Source of the DNA: Eledone cirrhosa
Lineage: Eukaryota
Direction: 5' to 3'
DNA: 64,000 nt
NCBI GenBank assembly: GCA_964016885.1
Contig: OZ024741.1
Span: 118,854,001 to 118,918,000, forward strand
Shown one piece after another: positions 50,538 to 64,000 of this stretch (position 1 is its first letter; the number at the start of each line of letters is the position of its first letter). Under the pieces are notes generated by a model that was given only the letters and a program-made list of their open reading frames with translations, was not told the DNA's origin and searched no databases. The position numbers were made by a program, and so were the translations under genes.

Positions 50538-51489
50538 AGTTTTATGTGTTAGTATTGGTGTTGTTAGTATTGTTGGTGCTAGTGTTGTTGGTGTTAGTGT
50601 TGGTCTTGTTGTTAATTTTATTGGTAGTGGTGTTGCTGATGTTTGTGTTGGTAGTGGTGTTGTTGATGCTAGTGTTGGTGGTGTTGTTGGTGTCAGTGTT
50701 GGTGGTGTTGTTAGTCTTATTAATAGTGATATTGGTGGTGGTGGGGGAGAAGTAATAACCTATTGATTTGTTAGAATATGTTTTTCAAATATTAACCTAA
50801 GAGTTCAAGCGGTGTTTAAGTCCCCAGAGCTAACGTAACCGGTTGTTGGTAGTAAGGAGAGTGAAGAGGTTCTAAGTGTTTGTTGAACAATCTCCAAGTA
50901 GCACGTCAGGAGGAGGAGGAGAGGAAGAAGAAGAGGGCGAGGGGAGGGTGAGAAGGAGAGGGAGAGGAAGAGGAAGCAGAGTAATGTGGGTAAGAAGGAG
51001 AGGAGGAGGAAGGAGAGTAATGTGGGTAAGAAGAGGAGGGGGAGGAGGAGGAGAGGGAGGAGGAAGGAGGAGAAGAATAAATATCAGCACTGTTTACGTC
51101 ATAGTTTTATTATCAGTTGTGTTAATGATCTTTTAGCAAGATAGGTTTCCAGGAACAGCTTATAGTAGTGAGAAGGATGTGAGGAGTGTGTGGTGTGTGT
51201 GGTGTGTGTGGACTGGTGGAGGGTGTGCGGTGGTGGTCTGGAGATTGGAGTATAGGAGGGTGCATTGGTGGCACACAGTGTCCTCGAGCATGACACTTTA
51301 TTTCACGGTAAAGACACGCATTAGGATCGAACTTGGGACCTCATGATTACTAAACGGACTTCTTAACCACTCAGCCATGTCTGCAGTCATAGGTGGAGGA
51401 TCTTTGATCATAGGTTTGTTCAGTCAGGGCTGGTCAGGGTCTAATCATCCTCACAAAATCCACCAAACATTGACTAACATCCACATCAG

Positions 51490-51490
<1 letters not shown>

Positions 51491-51551
<61 letters not shown>

Positions 51552-51594
51552 TAGCCACTACCATTACTACTACTACTACTATAGCCACTACCAT

Positions 51595-51675
<81 letters not shown>

Positions 51676-54600
51676 AACTATAGCCACTACCATTACTACT
51701 ACCACCAGAATCACCACCAGTACTACTTCAGCCACTACCATTACTACTACCACTAGCACCACTACCATTATTACTACCACCAGCACCACCAACAGTACTA
51801 CTTCAGCCACTACCATTACTACTACCACTAACACCACTACCATTACTACTACCACTAACACCACTACCATTACTACTACCACTAACACCACTACCATTAC
51901 TACTACCACTAACACCACTACCATTACTACTACCACTAACATCACTACCATTACTACTACCACTAACACCACTACCATTACTACTACCACTAACACCACT
52001 ACCATTACTACTACCACTAACACCACTACCATTACTACTACCACTAACATCACTACCATTACTACTACCACTAACACCACTACCATTACTACTACCACTA
52101 ACACCACTACCATTACTACTACCACTAGCACCACTACCATTATTACTACCACTAACACCACTACCATTACTACTACCACCAGCACCACTACCATTACTAC
52201 TACCACTAACACCACTACCATTACTACTACCACTAGCACCACTACCATTACTACTACCACTAACACCACTACCATTACTACTACCACTAACACCACTACC
52301 ATTACTACTACCACTAGCACCACTACCATTACTACTACCACTAGCACCACTACCATTACTACTACCACTAACATCACTACCATTACTACTACCACTAACA
52401 CCACTACCATTACTACTACCACTAGCACCACTACCATTACTACTACCACTAACATCACTACCATTACTACTACCACTAACACCACTACCATTACTACTAC
52501 CACTAACACCACTACCATTACTACTACCACTAACACCACTACCATTACTACTACCACTAACACCACTACCATTACTACTACCACTAACACCACTACCATT
52601 ACTACTACCACTAGCACCACTACCATTACTACTACCACTAACACCACTACCATTACTACTACCACTAACACCACTACCATTACTACTACCACTAGCACCA
52701 CTACCATTACTACTACCACTAGCACCACTACCATTACTACTACCACTAGCACCACTACCATTATTACTACCACTAGCACCACTACCATTACTACTACCAC
52801 TAACATCACTACCATTATTACTACCACTAGCACCACTACCATTACTACTACCACTAACATCACTACCATTACTACTACCACTAACACCACTACCATTACT
52901 ACTACCACTAACACCACTACCATTACTACTACCACTAACACCACTACCATTACTACTACCACTAACACCACTACCATTACTACTACCACTAGCACCACTA
53001 CCATTACTACTACCACTAGCACCACTACCATTATTACTACCACTAGCACCACTACCATTACTACTACCACTAACATCACTACCATTACTACTACCACTAA
53101 CACCACTACCATTACTACTACCACTAGCACCACTACCATTACTACTACCACTAACACCACTACCATTACTACTACCACTAACACCACTACCATTACTACT
53201 ACCACTAGCACCACTACCATTACTACTACCACTAGCACCACTACCATTATTACTACCACTAGCACCACTACCATTACTACTACCACTAACATCACTACCA
53301 TTACTACTACCACTAACACCACTACCATTACTACTACCACTAACACCACTACCATTACTACTACCACTAACACCACTACCATTACTACTACCACTAACAC
53401 CACTACCATTACTACTACCACTAACACCACTACCATTACTACTACCACTAGCACCACTACCATTACTACTACCACTAGCACCACTACCATTATTACTACC
53501 ACTAGCACCACTACCATTACTACTACCACTAACATCACTACCATTACTACTACCACTAACACCACTACCATTACTACTACCACTAGCACCACTACCATTA
53601 CTACTACCACTAACATCACTACCATTACTACTACCACTAACACCACTACCATTACTACTACCACTAACACCACTACCATTACTACTACCACCAGCACCAC
53701 TACCATTACTACTACCACCAGCACCACTACCATTACTACTACCACTAGCACCACTACCATTATTACTACCACTAACACCACTACCATTACTACTACCACC
53801 AGCACCACTACCATTACTACTACCACCAGCACCACTACCATTACTACTACCACTAGCACCACTACCATTATTACTATCACTAGCACCACTACCATTATTA
53901 CTACCACTAACACCACTACCATTACTACTACCACTAACACCACTACCATTATTACTACCACCAGCACCACTACCATTATTACTACCACTAGCACCACTAC
54001 CATTACTACTACCACTAACACCACTACCATTATTACTACCACCAGCACCACTACCATTATTACTACCACTAGCACCACTACCATTACTACTACCACTAAC
54101 ACCACTACCATTATTACTACCACCAGCACCACTAACATTACTACTACCACCAGCACCACTACCATTACTACTACCACCAGCACCACTACCATTACTACTA
54201 CCACTAACACCACTACCATTACTACTACCACTAACATCACTACCATTACTACTACCACTAACACCACTACCATTATTACTACCACCAGCACCACTACCAT
54301 TACTACTACCACTAACACCACTACAATTACTACTACCACTAGCACCACTACCATTACTACTACCACTAACACCACTACCATTACTACTACCACTAACATC
54401 ACTACCATTATTACTACCACTAACACCACTACCATTACTACTACCACTAACAGCACTACCATTATTACTACCACCAGCACCACTACCATTATTACTACCA
54501 CTAGCACCATTACCATTACTACTACCACTAGCACCACTACCATTACTACTACCACTAGCACCACTACCATTACTACTACCACTAGCACCACTACCATTAC

Positions 54601-57600
54601 TACTACCACTAGCACCACTACCATTACTACTACCACTAACACCACTACCATTACTACTACCACTAGCACCACTACCATTACTACTACCACTAACACCACT
54701 ACCATTATTACTACCACTAGCACCACTACCATTATTACTACCACTAACACCACTACCATTACTACTACCACTAACACCACTACCATTACTACTACCACTA
54801 ACACCACTACCATTACTACTACCACTAACACCACTACCATTACTACTACCACTAACACCACTACCATTACTACTACCACCAGCACCACTACCATTACTAC
54901 TACCACCAGCACCACTACCATTACTACTACCACTAGCACCACTACCATTATTACTACCACTAACACCACTACCATTACTACTACCACTAACACCACTACC
55001 ATTACTACTACCACTAGCACCACTACCATTACTACTACCACTAGCACCACTACCATTACTACTACCACCAGCACCACTACCATTATTACTACCACTAACA
55101 TCACTACCATTACTACTACCACTAACACCACTACCATTACTACTACCACTAGCACCACTACCATTACTACTACCACCAGCACCACTACCATTACTACTAC
55201 CACTAACACCACTACCATTACTACTACCACTAACACCACTACCATTACTACTACCACTAACACCACTACCATTACTACTACCACTAACATCACTACCATT
55301 ACTACTACCACTAACACCACTACCATTACTACTACCACTAGCACCACTACCATTATTACTACCACTAACACCACTACCATTACTACTACCACTAACACCA
55401 CTACCATTACTACTACCACTAACACCACTACCATTACTACTACCACTAACACCACTACCATTACTACTACCACTAGCACCACTACCATTACTACTACCAC
55501 CAGCACCACTACCATTACTACTACCACTAACACCACTACCATTACTACTACCACTAACATCACTACCATTACTACTACCACTAACACCACTACCATTACT
55601 ACTACCACTAGCACTACTACCACTAACACCACTACCATTACTACTACCACTAACACCACTACCATTACTACTACCACTAGCACCACTACCATTACTACTA
55701 CCACTAACACCACTACCATTACTACTACCACTAACACCACTACCATTACTACTACCACTAACACCACTACCATTACTACTACCACTAACACCACTACCAT
55801 TACTACTACCACTAGCACCACTACCATTACTACTACCACCAGCACCACTACCATTACTACTACCACTAACACCACTACCATTACTACTACCACTAACATC
55901 ACTACCATTACTACTACCACTAACACCACTACCATTACTACTACCACTAGCACTACTACCACTAACACCACTACCATTACTACTACCACTAACACCACTA
56001 CCATTACTACTACCACTAGCACCACTACCATTACTACTACCACTAACACCACTACCATTACTACTACCACTAGCACCACTACCATTACTACTACCACCAG
56101 CACCACTAACATTACTACTACCACTAGCACCACTACCATTACTACTACCACTAACACCACTACCATTACTACTACCATTAACACCACTACCATTACTACT
56201 ACCACTAACACCACTACCATTACTACTACCACTAACACCACTACCATTACTACTACCATTAACACCACTACCATTACTACTACCACTAACACCACTACCA
56301 TTACTACTACCATTAACACCACTACCATTACTACTACCACTAACACCACTACCATTACTACTACCACTAACACCACTACCATTACTACTACCATTAACAC
56401 CACTACCATTACTACTACCACTAACATCACTACCATTACTACTACCACTAACACCACTACCATTACTACTACCACTAACACCACTACCATTACTACTACC
56501 ACTAGCACCACTACCATTATTACTACCACTAACACCACTACCATTACTACTACCACCAGCACCACTACCATTACTACTACCACTAACACCACTACCATTA
56601 CTACTACCATTAACACCACTACCATTACTACTACCACCAGCACCACTACCATTACTACTACCACTAGCACCACTACCATTACTACTACCACTAACACCAC
56701 TACCATTACTACTACCACTAGCACCACTACCATTACTACTACCACTAACACCACTACCATTACTACTACCACTAACACCACTACCATTACTACTACCACT
56801 AACACCACTACCATTACTACTACCACTAACACCACTACCATTACTACTACCACTAACACCACTACCATTACTACTACCACTAGCACCACTACCATTACTA
56901 CTACCACTAGCACCACTACCATTACTACTACCACTAACACCACTACCATTACTACTACCACTAACACCACTACCATTACTACTACCACTAGCACCACTAC
57001 CATTACTACTACCACTAACATCACTACCATTACTACTACCACTAACACCACTACCATTACTACTACCACTAACATCACTACCATTACTACTACCACTAAC
57101 ACCATTACCATTACTACTACCACTAGCACCACTACCATTACTACTACCACTAACATCACTACCATTACTACTACCACTAGCACCACTACCATTACTACTA
57201 CCACTAACACCACTACCATTACTACTACCACTAACACCACTACCATTACTACTACCACTAGCACCACTACCATTATTACTACCACTAACACCACTACCAT
57301 TACTACTACCACCAGCACCACTACCATTACTACTACCACTAACACCACTACCATTACTACTACCACTAACACCACTACCATTACTACTACCACTAACACC
57401 ACTACCATTACTACTACCACTAACACCACTACCATTACTACTACCACCAGCACCACTACCATTACTACTACCACCAGCACCACTACCATTACTACTACCA
57501 CTAACACCACTACCATTACTACTACCACTAACACCACTACCATTACTACTACCACCAGCACCACTACCATTACTACTACCACCAGCACCACTACCATTAC

Positions 57601-57935
57601 TACTACCACTAACATCACTACCATTACTACTACCACTAACACCACTACCATTACTACTACCACTAGCACCACTACCATTACTACTACCACTAGCACCACT
57701 ACCATTACTACTACCACTAACATCACTACCATTACTACTACCACTAACACCACTACCATTACTACTGCCACTAGCACCACTACCATTACTACTACCACTA
57801 GCACCACTACCATTACTAATACCATTAACACCACTACCATTACTACTACCACTAACACCACTACCAATACTACTACCACTACCACCACTACCATTACTAC
57901 TACCACTACCACCACTATTACCACCACAATAACCA
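51491..57935. repeat. (ACT)n microsatellite grading into a 27-bp satellite (ACCACTACCATTACTACTACCACTARC)
   Basis: Mostly pure (ACT)n at 51491-51675, transitional units to ~51810, then about 6.1 kb of 27-mers with no frame-breaking indels. Confidence 0.97.
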
Positions 57936-58164
57936 TTGACCTGTCTGTCCCCTTTAATGTCATTTCCTATAATCGATTTTGCCCCCTTCTTTAGATTGTC
58001 TCGTCTGACTACCATACGGCACCCCAGCTCCCCCGACCTCCATAGACACCATTCAACCACACACCTCCACCTAGCCGCCATTCGGGAACCCTCTAACCAC
58101 AATATCTTCTCTATTCTCCATTGAAACAATGAGCTGTTTATGTAACTTCCTTTTATTACATTCA

Positions 58165-58167
58165 ATC

Positions 58168-58215
<48 letters not shown>

Positions 58216-58555
58216 ACCGACATGAGAAACAACAACAACAAGAACAGTAAACAACAACATCAACAATACTGACAACAACAACAACAGCAGCAATGCTGAC
58301 AACAGAAACAACAACAACAACATCAACAATACTGACAACAACAACAACAACAACAACAACAGCAGCAACAATGCTGACAACAGAAACAACAACAACAACA
58401 ACAGCAGCAATGCTGACAACAGAAACAACAACAACAACAACATCAACAATACTGACAACAACAACAACAACAACAAAAACAACAACAAAAACAACAACAA
58501 CAGCAGCAGCAATGCTGACGACAGAAACAACAACAACAACAACATCAACAATACT

Positions 58556-58601
<46 letters not shown>

Positions 58602-58786
58602 CCAATGCTGACAACAGAAACAACAACAACAACAACAACAACACCAATGCTGACAACAGAAACAACAACAACAACAACAACAACAATACTGACAACAACA
58701 ACAACAACAACAACTACAACAACAGCAATGCTGACAACAGAAACAACAACAACAACAACAACAACAGCAATACCGAGAACAACAAT
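58165..58786. repeat. (AAC)n-based compound minisatellite with ATGCTGACAACAGAA / ATACTGAC spacers
   Basis: Directly visible. Confidence 0.9.
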
Positions 58787-59172
58787 AATTGTTTCTACTT
58801 TAGGCACAAGGCCAGCAATAATCCCAGTGTATTACTGGTGCTTTATTTTATCGACCCCGTAAGGATGAAAGGCAAAGTTAACCTTGGCGGGATTTGAACT
58901 CAGACAGTAAAAGGGCGTAACTCTATGCTGCAAAGTATGATATCCGACCCTCTACCGATATAATAATAACTACAACAGTGATAACAACAGCAATAAATTT
59001 GTTTCTACTTTTGGCACAAGGCCAGTAATTACCCCAGCGTATTACTGCTGCTTTATTTTATCGATCCCGTAAGGATGAAAAGCAAAGTTAACCACGACGG
59101 CGTTTGAACTCAGAACGTAAAGGGCCATAACACTTTGCTGCACAGCATGTTGTCTGACGCTCTACCGATACT
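58787..59172 (-). mobile_element. Two Meta-domain SINE copies (58787-58960 and 58997-59172)
   Basis: Reverse complement of the family body and tail. Confidence 0.85.
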
Positions 59173-59179
59173 GATAATA

Positions 59180-59417
59180 ACTAACAACAACAACAACAAA
59201 AACAACAACAGCAGCAGCAACAACATAAATAACTAGCCTATACAACAACAACAACAACAGCAGCAGCAGCAGCAGCAGCAACAACATAAATAACTAGCCT
59301 ATACAACAACAACAACAACAGCAGCAGCAGCAGCAGCAGCAACAACATAAATAACTAGCCTATATAACAACAACAACAACAACAACAACTGCAACAACAG
59401 AAATAACTAGGCTATAT

Positions 59418-59458
<41 letters not shown>

Positions 59459-59548
59459 CTGCAACAACAGAAATAACTAGCCTATATAACAACAACAACA
59501 ACAACAGCAACAACAACATCAACAGAAACAACTAGCCTATGCAACAAC
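59180..59548. repeat. Minisatellite of AACTAGCCTATA plus variable (AAC)n/(AGC)n
   Basis: AACTAGSCTAT recurs six times. Confidence 0.88.
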
Positions 59549-59973
59549 TATATTAAAAGTTATATCAATATTCTGCCCTCCCACAACATTTGTGTGATTC
59601 AATGTTAAGCTTTTAACAACCTTAACTATGGAACAAAATCGAAATAATTGCTATAATGAAACAACGCTATGAATATAAAAGTATGCATCAAAATAGAAAT
59701 TAGACCATTTATAAAACACAGAATTCCCATAGGTCTCTCAATCATAATAATACACCGTGTGAGTTTATATATTTATTTACATATCTCTCTCTCTGTAACT
59801 TTAATATTTACAAACAAAAACAAGATCTTCCAGTACATCTTCTCTTCTTCTTGGCTCATCCCTCTTCAAAGGTGAAGCATTCATTTTGCTTTTTCTAATG
59901 GCTCGCCTCACCTGCACACCTATAGGTTTCTCCACTAACTGGAGCAGTTATACCAACCTATTGTTTAATTAAT

Positions 59974-60160
59974 TGTTTCTACTTTTGGCACAAGGCCAGC
60001 AATTACCCAGTGTATTACTGGTACTTTATTTTATCGACCCCATAAGGATGAAAGGCAAAGTTAACCTCGGCGGGATTTGAACTCAGAATGGCAAGGGCCG
60101 TAACTCTATGCGTCAAAGCATGGCGTCCAACCCTCTACCGATACCGCCAATCCGCCACCC
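59974..60160 (-). mobile_element. Full-length Meta-domain SINE with a 13-bp TSD
   Basis: Flanked by TTGTTTAATTAAT on both sides. Confidence 0.92.
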
Positions 60161-60559
60161 TTTGTTTAATTAATAGTCGATCATCTCATGTAATTAAGCT
60201 GTTGACCGCTGCATGAGTTATTTTTTACTATGACACAAGCAGAATTTTTATTAAGGTTTACACCTTTAGATCTGACATGTCTGTTAGACTATTTTATGAT
60301 ATCCATATCAGAGGCACCTCGTATAGGATGTGGCTTTTCACCACTCGGGTCGGTCTTCAAACTGAGAAAGGCTAGGTTCTGAACTTGAATGAACATACAT
60401 TGTGCATCATCTATTCTCTGAGTGGCATATTGAACTGACCCTGGGACACAGGAACGCTACAAAAGACCATCGAGTGCCAACAAGTGAAATCTACTAGAGC
60501 TCTGCAATTAACATATACATATTTACATACCCACACAATATATACATATATACACACTA

Positions 60560-60715
60560 TTGGATGGCGTTGTAAGGTTTTGTTTTTCATCCTGCAGAGT
60601 GTCTGTCCAAAATCACCCTCCCCACCAAGCAGCCTTGGTGGGGTTGCCGGTTTTGTCGCCGCCGACCCAACCATGTGACAGATTGTACTGGGTTACATGT
60701 TACCTGTATCACCCA
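60560..60715 (-). mobile_element. Diverged homologue of the structured repeat at 6778-6940 (probable RTE 5' UTR)
   Basis: Minus strand CTGTCACATGGTTGGGTCGGCGGCGACAAAACCGGCAACCCCACCAAGGCTGCTTGGTGGGGAGGGTGATTTTGGACA aligns with 6795-6872. Confidence 0.6.
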
Positions 60716-61212
60716 GGAGTGACCTGACCAGTACATGGAGGCTATGAAAAAATTCAACAACAAACTTATAGCTGCTTTATTGTTTCTTAAATGTAAAGGG
60801 CATTGGATACTTCATATAGTCTGTCATGGCTTACTAGCTCTATATGGACGTTTAAATTGATTCAATAATTAAAAAAAAAATATAACACACACATATATAT
60901 ACAAGGTACTTCCTATATTAGGAATATTGTTATAAGTTTTCTTTCCAATCACGATGTCCTGGGTTCTAACTCTACATTTGTTCTTGTACATAGTTATTAC
61001 TCCAAAGTTACTCATACATTTCATCCTGTATGTCATTTGTACATATATGATAAACATTTATTTAATTATATCCTAGAAATAAATTAAAATATTCTTATCT
61101 TTAATCACTTCCACGTGTCAGTAATCAACATAAAGTTTCTCTTATGCAAGTCATTAATTAACCAAAACGCAAATTTTACAGTTTGTATGATTGTTTATAT
61201 ATCCAGTAATAC

Positions 61213-64000
61213 TGGTATATATGGCATGCCAATCTTGGTATACATGGCATACCAATCTTGGTATATATGGCATGCCAATCTTGGTATACATGGCATACCA
61301 ATCTTGGTATATATGGCATACCAATCTTGATATACATGGCATACCAATCTTGGTATATATGGCATACCAATCTTGATATACATGGCATACCAATCTTGGT
61401 ATGTATGACATCCCAATCTTGGTATACATGGCATACCAATCTTGGTATATATGGCATACCAATCTTGGTATACATGGCATACCAATCTTGGTATACATGG
61501 CATACCAATCTTGGTATATATGGCATACCAATCTTGGTATATATGGCCTCCCAATTTTGGTATATATGGCATACCAATCTTGGTATATATAGCATACCAA
61601 TCTTGGTATACATGGCATACCAATCTTGGTATATATGGCATACCAATCTTGGTATATATGGCATACTTGGTATATATGGCATACTAATCTTGATATATAT
61701 GACATATCAATCTTGGTATATATGGCATACCAATCTTGGTATATATGGCATACCAATCTTGGTATATATGGCATACCATCTTGATATATATGACATACCA
61801 ATCTTGGTATATATGGCATACCAATCTTGGTATATATGACATACCAATCTTGGTATACATGGCATACCAATCTTGGTATACATGGCATACCAATCTTGGT
61901 ATATATGGCATACCAATCTTGGTATATATGGCATGCCAATCTTGGTATATATGGCATACCAATCTTGGTATATATGGCATACCAATCTTGGTATATATGG
62001 CATACCAATCTTGGTATATATGGCATCCCAAGTTTGGTATACATGGCATACCAATCTTGGTATATATGGCATACCAATCTTGGTATATATGGCATCCCAA
62101 TCTTGATATATATGGCATACCAATCTTGGTATATATGGCATACCAATCTTGGTATATATGGCATACCAATCTTGGTATACATGGCATACCAATCTTGGTA
62201 TACATGGCATACCAATCTTGGTATATATGGCATACCAATCTTGATATATATGGCATACCAATCTTGGTATACATGGCATACCAATCTTGGTATATCTGGC
62301 ATACCAATCTTGGTATATATGGCATACTTGGTATATATGGCATACTAATCTTGATATATATGACATATCAATCTTGGTATATATGGCATACCAATCTTGG
62401 TATATATGGCATACCAATCTTGGTATATATGGCATACCAATCTTGATATATATGACATACCAATCTTGGTATATATGGCATACCAATCTTGGTATATATG
62501 ACATACCAATCTTGGTATACATGGCATACCAATATTGGTATACATGGCATACCAATCTTGGTATATATGGCATACCAATCTTGGTATATATGGCATCCCA
62601 ATCTTGGTATATATGGCATACCAATCTTGGTATATATGGCATACCAATCTTGGTATATATGGCATCCCAATCTTGGTATACATGGCATACCAATCTTGGT
62701 ATATATGGCATACCAATCTTGGTATTTATGGCATCCCAATCTTGATATATATGGCATACCAATATGGCATACTAATCTTGATATATATAACATACCAATC
62801 TTGGTATACATGGCATACCAATCTTGGTATATATGGCATACCAATCTTGATATATATGGCATACCAATCTTGGTATACATGGCATACCAATCTTGGTATA
62901 TATGGCATACCAATCTTGGTATATATGGCATACCAATCTTGGTATATATGACATACCGATCTTGGTATACATGACATACCAATCTTGGTATATATGGCAT
63001 ACCAATCTTGGTATATATGGCATACCAATCTTGGTATATATGGCATACCAATCTTGGTATACATGACATACCAATCTTGGTATACATGGCATACCAATTT
63101 TGGTATATATGACATACCAATCTTGGTATATATGGCATCCCAATCTTGGTATATATAGCATACCAATCTTGGTATACATGGCATACCAATTTTGGTATAT
63201 ATGGCATACCAATCTTGGTATATATGGCATACCAATCTTGGTATACATGGCATACCAATCTTGGTATACATGGCATACCAATTTCGGTATATATGGCATA
63301 CCAATCTTGGTATATATGGTATACCAACTCTGGTGTGTATGGTATACCAACCCTGGTATGTATGGTATACCAATCTTGGTGTGTATGGTATACCAACTCT
63401 GGTGTGTATGGTATACCAACTCTGGTGTGTATGGTATACCAACTCTGGTGTGTATGGCATAATATTCCTGGTGTGTATGGTATACCAACTCTGGTGTGTA
63501 TGGTATACCAATCCTGGTGTGTATGGTATACCAACCCTGGTGTGTATGGTATACCAATCTTGGTGTGTATGGTATGCCAACCCTGGTGTGTATGGTATAC
63601 CAATCTTGGTGTGTATGGTATACCAACCCTGGTGTGTATGGTATACCAATCTTGGTGTGTATGGTATACCAACCCTGGTGTGTATGGTATACCAATCTTG
63701 GTGTGTATGGTATACCAACCCTGGTTTGTATGGTATACCAATCTTGGTGTGTATGGTATGCCAACCCTGGTGTGTATGGTATACCAATTTTGGTGTGTAT
63801 GGTATACCAAACCTGGTGTGTATGGTATACCAACTCTGGTGTGTATGGTATACCAATCTTGGTGTGTATGGTATACCAACCCTGGTGTGTATGGAATACC
63901 AATCTTGGTGTGTATGGTATACCAACTCTGGTGTGTATGATATACCAATCTTGGTGTGTATGGTATACCAATCTTGGTGTGTATGGTATACCAACTCTTG
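61213..64000. repeat. 23-bp palindromic satellite with two subfamilies, continuing past the window end
   Basis: GGCATACCAATCTTGGTATAYAT to ~63315, then GGTATACCAAYYYTGGTGTGTAT. Confidence 0.97.

Noticed and set aside
39240-50552. Giant Val/Leu and Gly/Ser/Val ORFs (silk- or suckerin-like appearance)
   Set aside because: They use non-ATG starts, overlapping frames are open simultaneously, there are no non-repetitive domains, and the pattern is expected from NNT triplet repeats.
51451-58165. Minus-strand 2100-aa Val-rich and Gly/Ser/Asn ORFs
   Set aside because: They are antisense readings of the 27-bp satellite with no independent coding evidence.
61154-63994. Overlapping ORFs with a 23-aa YTKIGMPYIPRLVCHIYQDWYAI repeat (superficially reflectin-like composition)
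   Set aside because: A stop-free 23-bp unit cycles through all frames on both strands and gives the same peptide in each. No reflectin motif is present.
61213-64000. CRISPR-like palindromic repeats
   Set aside because: The units are contiguous with no unique spacers, there are no cas genes, and the context is eukaryotic.

Overview
Repeat-dominated, AT-rich eukaryotic DNA, probably a coleoid cephalopod such as Octopus (inferred from the SINE families and the very high microsatellite density). No host protein-coding gene can be supported, and almost all listed ORFs are translations of micro- or minisatellites. About half the window is four large tandem arrays: a 26/27-bp array at ~20.35-30.6 kb, a 42-bp then 51-bp array at ~39.25-50.5 kb, a 27-bp array at ~51.8-57.9 kb, and a 23-bp palindromic array from ~61.2 kb to the window end. 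There is one near full-length but disabled Tx1/L1-type LINE (12.1-17.9 kb) sitting in a (TATC)n tract, fragments of RLE-type (R4/Dong-like) and RTE LINEs, about 20 tRNA-derived SINE copies, and two MITEs. The most notable signal is a set of small non-coding cassettes, probably Penelope-like, embedded in (TA)n tracts. They occur as fold-back palindromes or direct repeats and carry hammerhead-ribozyme motifs ranging from apparently intact (18262-18351 and 18567-18656) to variant or decayed. Two dispersed copies of one palindromic cassette differ at five positions, and each difference is mirrored in both arms, suggesting the inverted arm is regenerated at each insertion or homogenised afterwards. 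All calls were made by eye, so boundaries are approximate.
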